DNA of 64,000 nt from Felixounavirus LF82P9. Within the stretch, counting starts at the first letter, position 1. Each line of letters opens with the position of its first letter. The stretch lies in the sequence record OZ035757.1; one strand, written 5' to 3'. Shown in pieces: positions 19,811 to 30,438 of the stretch. The notes under the pieces are model-generated. The model saw only the letters and a list, made by a program, of their open reading frames with translations, had not been told where the DNA came from and did no database searches. The position numbers and the translations under genes are program-made.

Positions 19811-20558
19811 CTCAAGAGAAGCAGTAAAAAACTGGAATCTTCGTTGTGGAAACACTCAAAAGCAACCTTACAGTGATGAGTATTGGGAATCTTTAAAATC
19901 CCAGTCTCTGTGTATGCTGGAAGAAGCAAAAGAGCTTGTAAAAGCAATTGAAGAGAAAGACCCCATTGAGACACTGGATGCTCAGGCAGATTTGCAATAT
20001 GTTCTTGACGGTTTGATTTACCTGTCACAACATGACCATAACGGTGCTATGAAAGCTGTTTGCCGTAATAATGACCTGAAGTACACAGATGACTATGAAG
20101 AAGCTTTAAAACGTCTTGCAGATATTGAGAAGCGTACTGGTCAAGAGTGTATTATCAGAATGTCAGTAGTTGATGGTAAAGAGTGGTATGCCATTGTTCG
20201 TGCAGCAGATGGGAAGATTATGAAGCAATCGAATCTCCCTAAAGTACAGCTTGGTGAATACATTGTAGAACTTGAAAGCCAAGAACTTTTTGTGGTAGTA
20301 TCTGAGACATGCGTTATCTGCAAAGGTATTGTAGATAGTTTAAAGGATTTGGGTGTAGATGGTTTTGTAGAAGTTAATCCAATTACCTCTAAAGCAGATA
20401 AAGACTTCTGTAAAGAGAATGGACTATGGATTGCAGATATTGTCTATTATGATGGTGAGCAGTTCCATGTAACCTCATACCCGAAACTGAATTATGATGC
20501 TAATAACCTGAAGTGCTGGTTAAAAGGGGTTGGTTATAATGGATTCACAGAACATTAA
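19803..20558 (+). CDS. MazG-like nucleotide pyrophosphohydrolase domain protein
   Basis: N-terminal EEAKELVKAIEE...DAQADLQYVLDGL resembles MazG E-x-x-E ... D motif. Confidence 0.45.
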   Translation: MFNSREAVKNWNLRCGNTQKQPYSDEYWESLKSQSLCMLEEAKELVKAIEEKDPIETLDAQADLQYVLDGLIYLSQHDHNGAMKAVCRNNDLKYTDDYEEALKRLADIEKRTGQECIIRMSVVDGKEWYAIVRAADGKIMKQSNLPKVQLGEYIVELESQELFVVVSETCVICKGIVDSLKDLGVDGFVEVNPITSKADKDFCKENGLWIADIVYYDGEQFHVTSYPKLNYDANNLKCWLKGVGYNGFTEH

Positions 20559-20862
20559 TAAAGAGGGTGTGGCTCAGAAGAGCCACTTCTCAAACTACAA
20601 TATTTCTATGACGGTGTTCATGAATGACCCGTTACTAGAAAAATATGGTGAGACTCCAGATACACTTCTGGACAATGAACAAGTTTTAAAAGCAGTCCTG
20701 TACAAATATGGGATTGATATTGAGAAAGAATATTCCTTTGAAATCTGCCAACACAGGAATACTTTCGGTAAAGTTGTGATGGCTCCACTCTTTATGGGTG
20801 TAGAAAGGACTGACTATAGTTGGTTATATCTAAAAAGAAACTTGGAGAAATACCGTGTCTAA
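20530..20862 (+). CDS. hypothetical protein
   Basis: ORF track. Confidence 0.4.
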   Translation: MVIMDSQNINKEGVAQKSHFSNYNISMTVFMNDPLLEKYGETPDTLLDNEQVLKAVLYKYGIDIEKEYSFEICQHRNTFGKVVMAPLFMGVERTDYSWLYLKRNLEKYRV

Positions 20863-21193
20863 AGCAAAAAAGCTATCTTATGATGATATTGTCTCAGGTG
20901 CTAAGTTAGGCGTTGACAGCCTCGGACAAGATGTTAAGCACGGGGACACAGTTATGTACTGTGATGACCGAAGAGGTAGAAGTGCAATCTTGTTTGGAAG
21001 AATTGTTTGCAAGATGCGAGGCAATTACGTTGTTGCAGACATGGATGTGAACGTTACACAAAAACTTGAAACACTTATGGATGATAATACATCATCATGG
21101 TTCTCCCTGAATTGTATGCACACTTCTTCAGTCACAAAAGTAAGTGATAAGTTTTACGATATGTGGCAGAATGAGCAAATTTTCAAGATTTAA
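20855..21193 (+). CDS. hypothetical protein
   Basis: ORF track. Confidence 0.45.
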   Translation: MSKAKKLSYDDIVSGAKLGVDSLGQDVKHGDTVMYCDDRRGRSAILFGRIVCKMRGNYVVADMDVNVTQKLETLMDDNTSSWFSLNCMHTSSVTKVSDKFYDMWQNEQIFKI

Positions 21194-21199
21194 ACTAGG

Positions 21200-21221
21200 G
21201 AGCCTCTTCGGAGGCTCTTTT
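21200..21221 (+). terminator. rho-independent terminator
   Basis: Stem gagcctc/gaggctc with UUCG loop then TTTT. Confidence 0.6.
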
Positions 21222-21239
21222 CATCTGTAGGATTCAAAA

Positions 21240-23474
21240 ATGATTAAGACAATTAAAAAATCAAACGGTACAGTAGTAAGCTTTGACCCAGAAAGACTGA
21301 ATAAGTGGGCATCATGGGCAGATAAACGTGGAATTATCTGGTCAGAAGTCACTATGGAAGCTATGAAACGTGTCTATGAGGGTTGCACTACAAAAGAGAT
21401 GCACCAAGCCATGATTGATGTTTGTGTTGATAAACAAACTCAAGAGTACTCAGATATGGCTGGACGACTGCTTTTGGGTATTATCTACAAAGAAGCCTTT
21501 GGAGGCTTTACTAAGGTTCCTACGCTGATTACCTTCGTTAAAAATATGGAGAGAGCAGGACTTTGGGAGAAGATGGACTATTCACAGGAAGAGCTTGAAT
21601 ATCTGCAAGGTTACATCGTACACTCAAAAGATATCTCTTACGGCTATGCAGTATTGAAACAGTTTAGGGACAAGTATGGTATCCGTGATATTAAAACGGG
21701 AAGACTTTTTGAGTCACCACAATTTATGTTTATGGGTATGGCTATGAAAGCCTTTGAGAAGCAACCAAAGCACCGTAGACTGCAAGATGTTATCAAGCTG
21801 TACACTTACCTATCTGACCTGAAGATTAACGCTCCTACGCCTTATTTAAACGGTTTGAGGGCAACTAAATCAGGTTATGCGTCATGCTGCTTGATTAAGG
21901 CAAACGATACTGCTGAATCACTTGGTATTGCTGCAAAGGTTGCTTATGATATGACTACAAAGCAAGCTGGTATTGGTATGCTGATGGAGACACGTACTAT
22001 TGGTGATGGTATCCGTCAAAATACTATTGAGCACATGGGTAAGCTACCTTATTACAAGCTTGTACGTTCATCTGTAGAGGCAAATAAACAGAAGAGTCGT
22101 GGTGGTTCAGCTAATAACTTCTACACTGCTCTAGACCCGCAGATTGAAGATTTACTGCGTTTGAAGCACCCTACAACGGTTCCTTCTAAACGTATTAATG
22201 AGATGGACTACTCATTCGGCACAAACGATTATTTCTGGCAGTGTGTTCAGTATGATACAGATTGGTTGCTATTCTCTTACAAAGATGCACCAAAACTCTA
22301 TGACATGTTCTACACAGCATCTGCTGATGAGTTTGCTATGGCAGTTGGTCACGCAGTACATTCAGGAGTTAAGCACAGACGAGTCAAGGCTCGTGAAATT
22401 GCTAAGCTGTTTATTCAACAGCGTTATGCTACAGGTCGTGTGTATCCATTCTTCACTAACAACGCAAACACACATACACCATTTAAAGAGCCTTTGAAGA
22501 TGTCAAATCTTTGTATGGAAATTGTGTTGCCAGTGTACGGCTTTGAGAAAGAGACAGACCTTTACAGAGATGATGCTGTGAAAGAGGATGGTGAGGTAGC
22601 TCTTTGCTTCCTAGCTAGTTTGGTTGCAGGGAGAATTTCAGAAGATGAATACGCTGACGTTGCTTATTATGCTCTTGCAATGGTTGACTCCGTTATTGAC
22701 CTTATGGATTATCCGTATCCGTCGATGCGTAACCATGTTCAGAAGCGTCGTTCTGTTGGTATTGGCCTTACAAATGTGGCTCATTACCTTGCGAAGAACT
22801 ACGTGAACTACTCTTCACGAGCAGGTAAAACGAAACTTCATGAACTGGCAGAGATGCACTCTTACTATCTGCATGAAGCCTCTCTGAGACTTGCTAAAGA
22901 GCGTGGCGTTCCAGAGTACATGAAGTTCACTAAGTATCCTGAAGGCTGGGTTCCTCCAAAGACAGCTAACAAGAAGATTGATGAAAAGCATGATGCAAAA
23001 CTACGATATGATTGGGATGACTTAGCACAACGTATCAAAGAAAATGGTGGAATCCGAAACTCTGTATTAGAAGCTTACATGCCTAATGAGAGTTCTTCAC
23101 TAGCAACTAATACGACAAATGGCTTGTACCCAATTCGTGACTTTATTTTAACTAAAAAGTCTGCAACTGGTAACGTGCTGTTTATTGTTCCAGATTATGA
23201 AGAGTTGAAGTATGTATATGAAATTGCTTGGGGTATTGACACCTTTGACCTGATTGATTGTTATGCAATTGTTCAAAAGTTCACTGGTCAAGCTATCTCT
23301 TCAGATTTCTATGTTGACTATGCAAAGTCTAAGAAGGTATCATTGGCTCAAGCTTTGAAGTACATGATTTATGCTAACTCGGTAGGTATGAAAACCATGT
23401 ACTACCTTAACAGTCGCATTGGTGTAGGTAAATCTGCACTGCAAGATGCTTATTGCGAGGGTTGTGGTGTTTAG
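21240..23474 (+). CDS. nrdA: ribonucleotide reductase class Ia large subunit
   Basis: 744 aa; N-terminal ATP-cone-like region; followed by nrdB. Confidence 0.9.
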   Translation: MIKTIKKSNGTVVSFDPERLNKWASWADKRGIIWSEVTMEAMKRVYEGCTTKEMHQAMIDVCVDKQTQEYSDMAGRLLLGIIYKEAFGGFTKVPTLITFVKNMERAGLWEKMDYSQEELEYLQGYIVHSKDISYGYAVLKQFRDKYGIRDIKTGRLFESPQFMFMGMAMKAFEKQPKHRRLQDVIKLYTYLSDLKINAPTPYLNGLRATKSGYASCCLIKANDTAESLGIAAKVAYDMTTKQAGIGMLMETRTIGDGIRQNTIEHMGKLPYYKLVRSSVEANKQKSRGGSANNFYTALDPQIEDLLRLKHPTTVPSKRINEMDYSFGTNDYFWQCVQYDTDWLLFSYKDAPKLYDMFYTASADEFAMAVGHAVHSGVKHRRVKAREIAKLFIQQRYATGRVYPFFTNNANTHTPFKEPLKMSNLCMEIVLPVYGFEKETDLYRDDAVKEDGEVALCFLASLVAGRISEDEYADVAYYALAMVDSVIDLMDYPYPSMRNHVQKRRSVGIGLTNVAHYLAKNYVNYSSRAGKTKLHELAEMHSYYLHEASLRLAKERGVPEYMKFTKYPEGWVPPKTANKKIDEKHDAKLRYDWDDLAQRIKENGGIRNSVLEAYMPNESSSLATNTTNGLYPIRDFILTKKSATGNVLFIVPDYEELKYVYEIAWGIDTFDLIDCYAIVQKFTGQAISSDFYVDYAKSKKVSLAQALKYMIYANSVGMKTMYYLNSRIGVGKSALQDAYCEGCGV

Positions 23475-23529
23475 TTTTAACAACTATGAGGGTCGTAAAA
23501 GACCCTCTAAAAATAACTTTGGAGAGACC

Positions 23530-23787
23530 ATGAAAGATTTAATAGAAAAACATGAGCGACCAATATACTTGCTCTACAAACCCCGCAAAACATTGTACTA
23601 TGTGAGCAGCACAGGTATCATGATAAAGCAGAATGATGACTTATGGGTCACCGGAGCCTCTTACATCTCTACAGCAGATGGTAAAATCTACGCAAGACCT
23701 TATGAAATGTTTAACAAAGAAAATTGGGAAGTTTTAGACAGAAAACAAGCCTTAGAAATGATAAAGAAAGGAGAAATCACGCTATGA
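23530..23787 (+). CDS. hypothetical protein
   Basis: ORF 23446-23787 trimmed to internal Met after nrdA stop. Confidence 0.35.
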   Translation: MKDLIEKHERPIYLLYKPRKTLYYVSSTGIMIKQNDDLWVTGASYISTADGKIYARPYEMFNKENWEVLDRKQALEMIKKGEITL

Positions 23788-24857
23788 TTAACCAGCACCC
23801 AATCTTTTTAGGTGGTGAGAGAAAAACTTTTGACTCACTCAATAAGCACTACCCAAAAATCTTTGAACTTTATAAACAACAAAAAGCACAAGACTGGTCA
23901 GAAGATGAGTTCCCTTTTGAACAATCACGTCTTGATTTTGAGAGTGTCCCAGCATCAATGTCAGGTGTAATGCTTGAGATTCTTAAGTGGCAATGGGAAG
24001 CAGATACTCAAGTTGCTAAGAGCTTGGCATTTGCCTTTGCACCATTTATCTCTGATGACATCTATGCAACTGCAATTATGAAGCAGTCTGAGATTGAAAA
24101 CCTACATGCTCTTACTTACTCAGAGATTGTAAGGCAATGTATTAAAAACCCTGAAACAATCTTAGATGAGATTAACCAGAATGTTGCTGTACAAGACCGA
24201 TTAAAAACTGTGAATCGTGTTCTTGAAGAATTACTGGATGAAGGCATAAACTATCGTCTCAGTTATGTGCGTGACTCACTTCTGGACAAAGACCCTTTAC
24301 ACTTCCATAAAGTGATTCTGAAAGGGCTGTTTGCAGTGACTGCACTTGAAGGTATATCTTTTATGGCATCCTTTGCATGTACTTTTGCACTTGATGCTCA
24401 AGATAAATTTCAGGGTATTGCTCAAGCTGTCCAGAAAATTATGCTTGATGAAATCCTTCACACTAAAATTGATATTGAAGTTTTAAAAGAAACTTTAAGA
24501 GATGATGAGTGGCAGAAAGCTTTTCAACAAATTCTTCCAGAGATTAAAGTAATCTTAGATGAAGTAGTTGAAAGTGAAGAGAAATGGTCGTATTATATCT
24601 TCTCCGAAGGACGTGCTGTAGTTGGCTTAAATACAAAGCTTCTTCATGAGTGGGTTTACTATAATGCTGCCCCACTGTATGATATGTTTGGCATTCCCAG
24701 AGATTTTGTAGCTCCTAAAGAACCACCTTTGAAGTACATGATTAAGAAGATGGAAATTGATAAAGAGCAGAATGCTAATCAGGAGCAACAGAACGGTGCG
24801 TACCTGTTGAATACTGTTGTAGATGATTTGAATAGTGGATTTTTAGAGGTTCCTTAA
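23784..24857 (+). CDS. nrdB: ribonucleotide reductase class Ia small subunit
   Basis: Start set at MINQHPIFLGG (RBS aaggag upstream); length and context fit NrdB. Confidence 0.85.
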   Translation: MINQHPIFLGGERKTFDSLNKHYPKIFELYKQQKAQDWSEDEFPFEQSRLDFESVPASMSGVMLEILKWQWEADTQVAKSLAFAFAPFISDDIYATAIMKQSEIENLHALTYSEIVRQCIKNPETILDEINQNVAVQDRLKTVNRVLEELLDEGINYRLSYVRDSLLDKDPLHFHKVILKGLFAVTALEGISFMASFACTFALDAQDKFQGIAQAVQKIMLDEILHTKIDIEVLKETLRDDEWQKAFQQILPEIKVILDEVVESEEKWSYYIFSEGRAVVGLNTKLLHEWVYYNAAPLYDMFGIPRDFVAPKEPPLKYMIKKMEIDKEQNANQEQQNGAYLLNTVVDDLNSGFLEVP

Positions 24858-25099
24858 TGACTTATGTAATTTACTCCAAAACTGGATGCCCTCAGTGTGA
24901 GACTGCAAAGAATTTTGCAAAAGCTCGTGGTATTGACCATGTTGTGAGAATGTTAGGGCAGGACTATGAACTATCAGACCTGATGGATATTGCACAGATG
25001 CCAGTGCGTCAGATGCCATTCATCATGAAAACTGATGGGCAAAACCTAAAGCCTGTTGGAACGCTACAGAATTTTATGGCAGAGGTGAATAATGCTTAA
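24857..25099 (+). CDS. glutaredoxin/NrdH-like redoxin
   Basis: 80 aa with CPQC active-site motif; coupled to nrdB. Confidence 0.7.
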   Translation: MTYVIYSKTGCPQCETAKNFAKARGIDHVVRMLGQDYELSDLMDIAQMPVRQMPFIMKTDGQNLKPVGTLQNFMAEVNNA

Positions 25100-25298
25100 A
25101 CGCCTTTGGGAAGGTTTGGTTGTTGATGCACCAGCTATTGTGATTGGTATGCTTATTGTTAACCTATTTACTGACTTTGAACAAGGTTCATTGTTTGGAG
25201 CTATGTTACTATGGGTTATCTTCGAAATATTAGAGATACAGTTAGGTATCACTGAAAAACTAAGAGAACTCTTTTCGAAGTTTTCTAAAAAGATTTAA
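25092..25298 (+). CDS. small membrane protein
   Basis: ORF track; two hydrophobic segments. Confidence 0.35.
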   Translation: MLKRLWEGLVVDAPAIVIGMLIVNLFTDFEQGSLFGAMLLWVIFEILEIQLGITEKLRELFSKFSKKI

Positions 25299-25306
25299 AA
25301 TGAAAG

Positions 25307-25327
25307 GGTCTCTTCGGAGACCTTTTT
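25307..25327 (+). terminator. rho-independent terminator
   Basis: Stem ggtctc/gagacc with UUCG loop then TTTTT. Confidence 0.6.
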
Positions 25328-25346
25328 AGCATGTAAAGGGGCAATA

Positions 25347-27491
25347 ATGAACAAAGTACAGATTATTAAAAAGAACGGCTCACTTGAAGAACCTGATATC
25401 AAAAAAGTTTTAGCAGCAGTCACAAAGTCAGCTAACAGAGTTGGTTATAAAGAGCTTCCACCAGATGTTACTCAAGCTCTTGAGTCAGCATTTATGAGGA
25501 TTCTGGTAAAGTCCACTAAGCAGAATAATTTGCTAATTTCTGTAAATGATATTCACAGTATTGTTGAAGGTGCTTTGGCAGAAGTTAATCACGAGATTTA
25601 TGAGTCTTACTCAACATACAGAAATTACCGTAAAGAGGTTGCTCAAAATTGGGATGAACTCTACCAGAAGACTAAAGATACACTCTTCTTAGGTGACCGT
25701 GAAAATGCTAACTTTGACAGCAGTTTAATTTCTACGAAAGGTTCAATTATCCGTGGTTACCTGACTAAAGAAATCTTTAAACAGTACCATTTAACACCAG
25801 AGGAACTTGAAGCCATTGAAAAAGGATTTATCTATATCCATGATTTAAGAGACCTAATTTTTGGTGGTATCAACTGTTGCCTGTTTGACATTGGTAAAGT
25901 CCTGAAAGGTGGCTTTGAAATGTCTGGCATCGAATATTGTGAACCAAAGTCTGTACTGTCGGCCTTACAGGTTATAGGTGACGTAGTTCTTTCAGCAACT
26001 GCACAGCAATTTGGTGGTTTTACTTTAGCAGAGATTGATAAGGTACTCATACCGTATGCTAAGAAGTCTCTACGCTATCATGCTGAGAAAGCAGCATCTT
26101 ATGGTATTCCTAAAGAACATTACCACAATTATGTCATGGAGCAGCTACAGATTGAACTGACTCAAGGTTTCCAGTCACTTGAAATGAAACTAAACACTGT
26201 ACCTTGTAGTCGTGGGGATTTTGCATTTACAACTTTAACATTTGGGTTGCTCGACTCAGATATGTCTAATGAAGACAACCGACTACAATACATGATTGCA
26301 AGTACTCTCCTAGATGTTCGTATGAATGGACAAGGTAAGAGCAAGAAGCCTGTTGTATTCCCTAAACTGGTTTATATTTATGACCAGAAGAGACATAATG
26401 AGAATATCTGTCAAGGCCACCTGTACAGTAAAGCTATAGAGTGTTGCTCTAAAGCGATGTATCCAGATTTCTTAAGTGTATCTGGTCATGGTGCTGTAGC
26501 AGAGGCTTTTGAGCGTTCTGGCAAGGTTATTTCGCCGATGGGTTGCCGAGCGTTCTTATCTCCGTATCTTAACGAGAATGGGGAAGAGTTCTACGTTGGT
26601 CGTGCTAACATTGGTGCTGTATCTTTGAACTTACCAATGATTTACCAGTATTCTAAAGAGAATGGTTTAGATTTCTGGAAAGAGCTTGATAAGTACCTAG
26701 AGATGATTCGCAGCTTCCACAAGAAACGCTACGAAATGATTGCTAATATGCCAGCAAGTTCTAACCCTCTTGCATTCACACAAGGTGGTCTGTACAAAGG
26801 GACTAAGAAACCTACTGACAAGGTTGGTTGGGATATCGTGAAGTCCTTCACAGCTTCTTTTGGGGTTACTGCTCTTGATGAACTGTCTGTTCTTGCTGAA
26901 GGTAAACGACTTCATGAAGTTGGAAGATATAGTTTTGCATACGATGTTCTGGAATACATCAACATGAAAACTGAAGAGTTTAAGAACGAAGATGGCTTCT
27001 TGTATGCGGTATATGGTACTCCAGCAGAATCACTTTGTGGAACTCAGTTAAAACAGTTCAGAGATATGTTTGGCGTTATTAAAGGTGTCTCTGACAAGGA
27101 ATACTTTACAAACAGTTTCCATATGAATGTTGCAGCAGACATCTCACCATTTGAGAAGCAGGACTTAGAAGAGCCATTCTTCCATATCTGTAGAGGTGGC
27201 AGAATCCAGTATGTAAGGGTAGCTAACCCAGAAAACTTAACAGCACTTAAAAGTTGTATTACCAGAGGGATGTTGAAGGGTTTTTATCAGGGACTTAACT
27301 TTGACTTAGCAATCTGTGAACATTGTGGTAACAGACCAAAGGCTGATGTTGAAGAATGTGAGGTTTGCCATTCACATGATATCTCTGTGATTAACAGGGT
27401 GTGCGGGTATCTTGGGTGGACCAAGATTAAAGGTGAATCCCGAATGAACGATGCAAAAATCGCTGAGATTCGTGATAGAGTCTCTATGTAA
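25347..27491 (+). CDS. nrdD: anaerobic ribonucleoside-triphosphate reductase
   Basis: 714 aa; C-terminal Cys cluster (CEHCG ... CEVCH) and glycyl-radical motif RVCGYLG. Confidence 0.9.
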   Translation: MNKVQIIKKNGSLEEPDIKKVLAAVTKSANRVGYKELPPDVTQALESAFMRILVKSTKQNNLLISVNDIHSIVEGALAEVNHEIYESYSTYRNYRKEVAQNWDELYQKTKDTLFLGDRENANFDSSLISTKGSIIRGYLTKEIFKQYHLTPEELEAIEKGFIYIHDLRDLIFGGINCCLFDIGKVLKGGFEMSGIEYCEPKSVLSALQVIGDVVLSATAQQFGGFTLAEIDKVLIPYAKKSLRYHAEKAASYGIPKEHYHNYVMEQLQIELTQGFQSLEMKLNTVPCSRGDFAFTTLTFGLLDSDMSNEDNRLQYMIASTLLDVRMNGQGKSKKPVVFPKLVYIYDQKRHNENICQGHLYSKAIECCSKAMYPDFLSVSGHGAVAEAFERSGKVISPMGCRAFLSPYLNENGEEFYVGRANIGAVSLNLPMIYQYSKENGLDFWKELDKYLEMIRSFHKKRYEMIANMPASSNPLAFTQGGLYKGTKKPTDKVGWDIVKSFTASFGVTALDELSVLAEGKRLHEVGRYSFAYDVLEYINMKTEEFKNEDGFLYAVYGTPAESLCGTQLKQFRDMFGVIKGVSDKEYFTNSFHMNVAADISPFEKQDLEEPFFHICRGGRIQYVRVANPENLTALKSCITRGMLKGFYQGLNFDLAICEHCGNRPKADVEECEVCHSHDISVINRVCGYLGWTKIKGESRMNDAKIAEIRDRVSM

Positions 27492-27494
27492 AAC

Positions 27495-27539
27495 TTGACA
27501 AGGTGATGTGGGTCTTGATAGGCTTACATCACCTTTTTT
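27495..27539 (+). promoter_or_regulatory. TTGACA-containing module overlapping terminator hairpin
   Basis: acTTGACAAGGTG then 18 nt then TAGGCT; same span forms stem ggtgatgt/acatcacc followed by TTTTTT, so promoter and terminator signals overlap. Confidence 0.4.
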
Positions 27540-27645
27540 ATTGGATGTTAGATATGGCAGAGAGTATTATTGGGTTGTTCATAGGTTCTGTCTTACTAGG
27601 GTTCTTTTTAGGACTCTCTTATTGTGAATTGAAAGGTAAGTTAAA

Positions 27646-27846
27646 ATGTTTAAGATATCAAAAGCGTTGATATACATACTCCATATTCTAGTCTTCTTCT
27701 TTGGGGTTAGTGTTATGGTATGGGGTTTTTCAGACCCACAATGGGGTTTCTCATATCATGGTCAGATGGATTTATGGTCATGCTTCAAACCATTTTTAGG
27801 GTTAGTCATAGCATTCAGTGCATTACCAACTAAGGTGAAATTATGA
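27646..27846 (+). CDS. small membrane protein
   Basis: ORF track; hydrophobic. Confidence 0.35.
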   Translation: MFKISKALIYILHILVFFFGVSVMVWGFSDPQWGFSYHGQMDLWSCFKPFLGLVIAFSALPTKVKL

Positions 27847-28238
27847 TTAAGTTGAGCCAAAAACAGTTAGAGTGGATTAAAGATTATGCCTTAGAGTGTG
27901 GCTCTTGTGAAAAGAATCACGTAAGATACTCAACATTCCACACGGTCTTCACATTGTATATCGGCGACAATGTTCTAAGTGATTCTGTAGAAGATGGTGT
28001 AGCATTGCCTAATGAATTGCTTGACAAATTAGCTGTAGTCACTGGAACTTGGTCTGAAGAAGATGGTCACGAACTATCTGATGATGTTGTCTTCTACAGT
28101 CTTGAAAACATCATGAATCCAGAGTACATTATGCTAATGACTTGCGCACAAGATTGTGTACCATTACAAAACTTCATTAAAGAGCACTGTGAAGAATTTA
28201 TTACTAAACAGGTTCCTTGTCAGGTGGTGTTTGAATGA
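27843..28238 (+). CDS. hypothetical protein
   Basis: ORF track. Confidence 0.4.
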   Translation: MIKLSQKQLEWIKDYALECGSCEKNHVRYSTFHTVFTLYIGDNVLSDSVEDGVALPNELLDKLAVVTGTWSEEDGHELSDDVVFYSLENIMNPEYIMLMTCAQDCVPLQNFIKEHCEEFITKQVPCQVVFE

Positions 28239-28534
28239 GTAAAACAATTCGAAGAAAAGGTTTAAAGAACGTTCATGGACTTTATGAGTGGAGAAATGAG
28301 GTACGTAACAGAGAAAATGCTTCAGATGTCTACTTCCATTCTGATATGATGTCCAGAAAAGGTGGCTCTTATGACTTTACAAGTCAGCCTTGTAGAGAGA
28401 TTAAGAAGGCTACTAAACGTCTTACAAGAACACAAATAAGGCAGCTTTCTAAGACATCCTTCTTAGATGAAGACTTTGACATTGACAGTAAGTCTCCGAA
28501 GAAAGCTGCTAAGAACACTTATATGTATTGGTGA
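28235..28534 (+). CDS. hypothetical protein
   Basis: ORF track. Confidence 0.4.
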   Translation: MSKTIRRKGLKNVHGLYEWRNEVRNRENASDVYFHSDMMSRKGGSYDFTSQPCREIKKATKRLTRTQIRQLSKTSFLDEDFDIDSKSPKKAAKNTYMYW

Positions 28535-28543
28535 GGTAACTGG

Positions 28544-29029
28544 ATGAATTACATGGAGATTCGACCATTTGACACAGCTAATGGTGAAGGGGTTCGTGTA
28601 AGCCTCTTCGTAGCTGGTTGTAAGCATCACTGTGAAGGCTGCTTTAACAGGGAGTCTTGGAAGTTTAATGCTGGTAAAGTATTTACTTATGCAAACCTCT
28701 ACGGCATCATTAAGCTAATGGATGATGAGGCCATCAGTGGGTTGTCAATACTTGGTGGGGAGCCTCTGGATGATAGAAACATTCAAGAGGTCACCAACAT
28801 ATGCAAGCGTATTAAAACTGTTTATCCAGAAAAGTCTATATGGCTTTGGACAGGTTTTCAACTGCACGAAAAAATCCACTTAGATGTGATGAAATATGTT
28901 GACGTGGTGATTGATGGTAAGTATGATTCATCTAAACCAACAGTTAAACCATATCGTGGTTCTGATAACCAAAACCTCTGGAGAAAAGAGTATGGGTGGC
29001 AAGGTGATTGCCAATGGCGAGCAGAATGA
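28544..29029 (+). CDS. nrdG: anaerobic RNR activating protein (radical SAM)
   Basis: CKHHCEGC radical-SAM cysteine motif near N-terminus. Confidence 0.85.
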   Translation: MNYMEIRPFDTANGEGVRVSLFVAGCKHHCEGCFNRESWKFNAGKVFTYANLYGIIKLMDDEAISGLSILGGEPLDDRNIQEVTNICKRIKTVYPEKSIWLWTGFQLHEKIHLDVMKYVDVVIDGKYDSSKPTVKPYRGSDNQNLWRKEYGWQGDCQWRAE

Positions 29030-29267
29030 TTATTCTGGTAAGTGGACTTATGACATCAACAAGTTAGATGCCTGGATGATTTATACGAGAGAAAAATTTG
29101 GTGCACGTTCATTATGTGCTCTTGCAACGATGGTGAAGAACGTTACCTTTGAAATTCATGAATCAGATAAGTTTGGAGACTTCTACAGGATTCAAAACAT
29201 CAGAGAAGGTATAACTCCAATCGGTATCACTGAAGAAGAACTTCATAAGTTCTGTATTAAACTTTAA
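28992..29267 (+). CDS. hypothetical protein
   Basis: ORF 28911-29267 trimmed to internal Met; still overlaps nrdG 3' end. Confidence 0.3.
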   Translation: MGGKVIANGEQNDYSGKWTYDINKLDAWMIYTREKFGARSLCALATMVKNVTFEIHESDKFGDFYRIQNIREGITPIGITEEELHKFCIKL

Positions 29268-29548
29268 TGAGAGAGACTAAAATGGGAATTTTAGGCAATA
29301 TTAAAGCTGGCTTTTTGAAGGCACTGGCAAAAGCAGCAGCAATCATTTCTATGACTGGGAAGCAGGTTGGTGTAGATGCTTCAGCAATTGCACAGGTTCT
29401 TGCAAGCCAAATTGAACAGCAGCCTTACATCTACGTAGGCCGTGGCAAAGGTGGTAAGAAACAAGCACATCGACCAACTGGTGCAGCAGCAATTAAACGT
29501 GCAGCTAAAAAAGCTCGTAACCGTAAACATAACAAGAAGGCTAAATAA
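29267..29548 (+). CDS. basic protein
   Basis: Lys/Arg-rich C-terminus. Confidence 0.4.
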   Translation: MRETKMGILGNIKAGFLKALAKAAAIISMTGKQVGVDASAIAQVLASQIEQQPYIYVGRGKGGKKQAHRPTGAAAIKRAAKKARNRKHNKKAK

Positions 29549-29550
29549 TC

Positions 29551-29871
29551 ATGAGCAAAGTTTATAACACTCGTAAATTACAGATTTTCGTACTGTGCCA
29601 GTTTATGGCTAAAGAGCATAATTACTACTATTGTGGTACAGGGTTCATTAGTGACAATGACGGTTCATATCTACCATTCAAAGAGGCTGTAAAACTCTTC
29701 AATGAAGAGAAAAGCTCTAAGAAAGATATTGAAAAGGTTAAGCTAACCTACAGCAAGAAAGATAAGAAGATTATCTGCCTAGATAACTTTGTAAAAGTTA
29801 CTGGAGAAGCAAAAGAGTTTATGGATGAGAGTGAGATTTCATTCACAAGCATCTTGAAAGTAGCTCAGTAA
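29551..29871 (+). CDS. hypothetical protein
   Basis: ORF track. Confidence 0.45.
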   Translation: MSKVYNTRKLQIFVLCQFMAKEHNYYYCGTGFISDNDGSYLPFKEAVKLFNEEKSSKKDIEKVKLTYSKKDKKIICLDNFVKVTGEAKEFMDESEISFTSILKVAQ

Positions 29872-29884
29872 ACAGATACTATAA

Positions 29885-29908
29885 GGGAACTGTAAAGGTT
29901 CCCTTTTT
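29885..29908 (+). terminator. rho-independent terminator
   Basis: Stem gggaac/gttccc then TTTTT. Confidence 0.55.
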
Positions 29909-29922
29909 ATTTTGGAGATAAT

Positions 29923-30438
29923 ATGTATCTGTCAAATCTAAAACGTTCGGCTGCAATGTCAGTTCTAAGACTAAGCTTTGAGGAACGTCAAGAGTTCATT
30001 GACTCCCACCAATACGACCCTTCTAACTCAAATCACATGATTCTCTGGAATCGTGATAACTTCCGTGAAAGAGCACTTGTCCGTTATTACCCACACTACA
30101 CAATAGATAACCTGTATGAATGGTGTGTCGTGAAGAACACTATTGCAACACTGAACAATCTTTGCAGGTATACAGGTAAGCAAACATTCACATTAGGCCA
30201 CCACAAGCCTGTTACAAAAGGTGGTGAACATCACTGTGCGAACTGGTTTATCCAAACTAAAGCTGATAACCAGAAGCAAGGAGATAGACTCCTAAGCATC
30301 CCTAAGATGACCTATGAAGAGCAAGAGAAATATATCAAAAATAATATGCCAGATGTGCTTGACAACAACTATACAGATTTGGCAATATCTCTCCTGTTGA
30401 AGTTCGAGACAGTTTATAGGGCAACTTACAATGGCTAA
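29923..30438 (+). CDS. HNH endonuclease-like protein
   Basis: LGHHKPVTKGGEHHCANW ... N..K resembles HNH motif. Confidence 0.5.
   Translation: MYLSNLKRSAAMSVLRLSFEERQEFIDSHQYDPSNSNHMILWNRDNFRERALVRYYPHYTIDNLYEWCVVKNTIATLNNLCRYTGKQTFTLGHHKPVTKGGEHHCANWFIQTKADNQKQGDRLLSIPKMTYEEQEKYIKNNMPDVLDNNYTDLAISLLLKFETVYRATYNG

Noticed and set aside
21240-27491. Group I introns or inteins in nrdA, nrdB or nrdD, as known for some T4-like phages
   Set aside because: Each gene is a single uninterrupted ORF of about the expected length with no internal stop or frameshift; no evidence for introns from reading alone. Inteins cannot be excluded without alignment.
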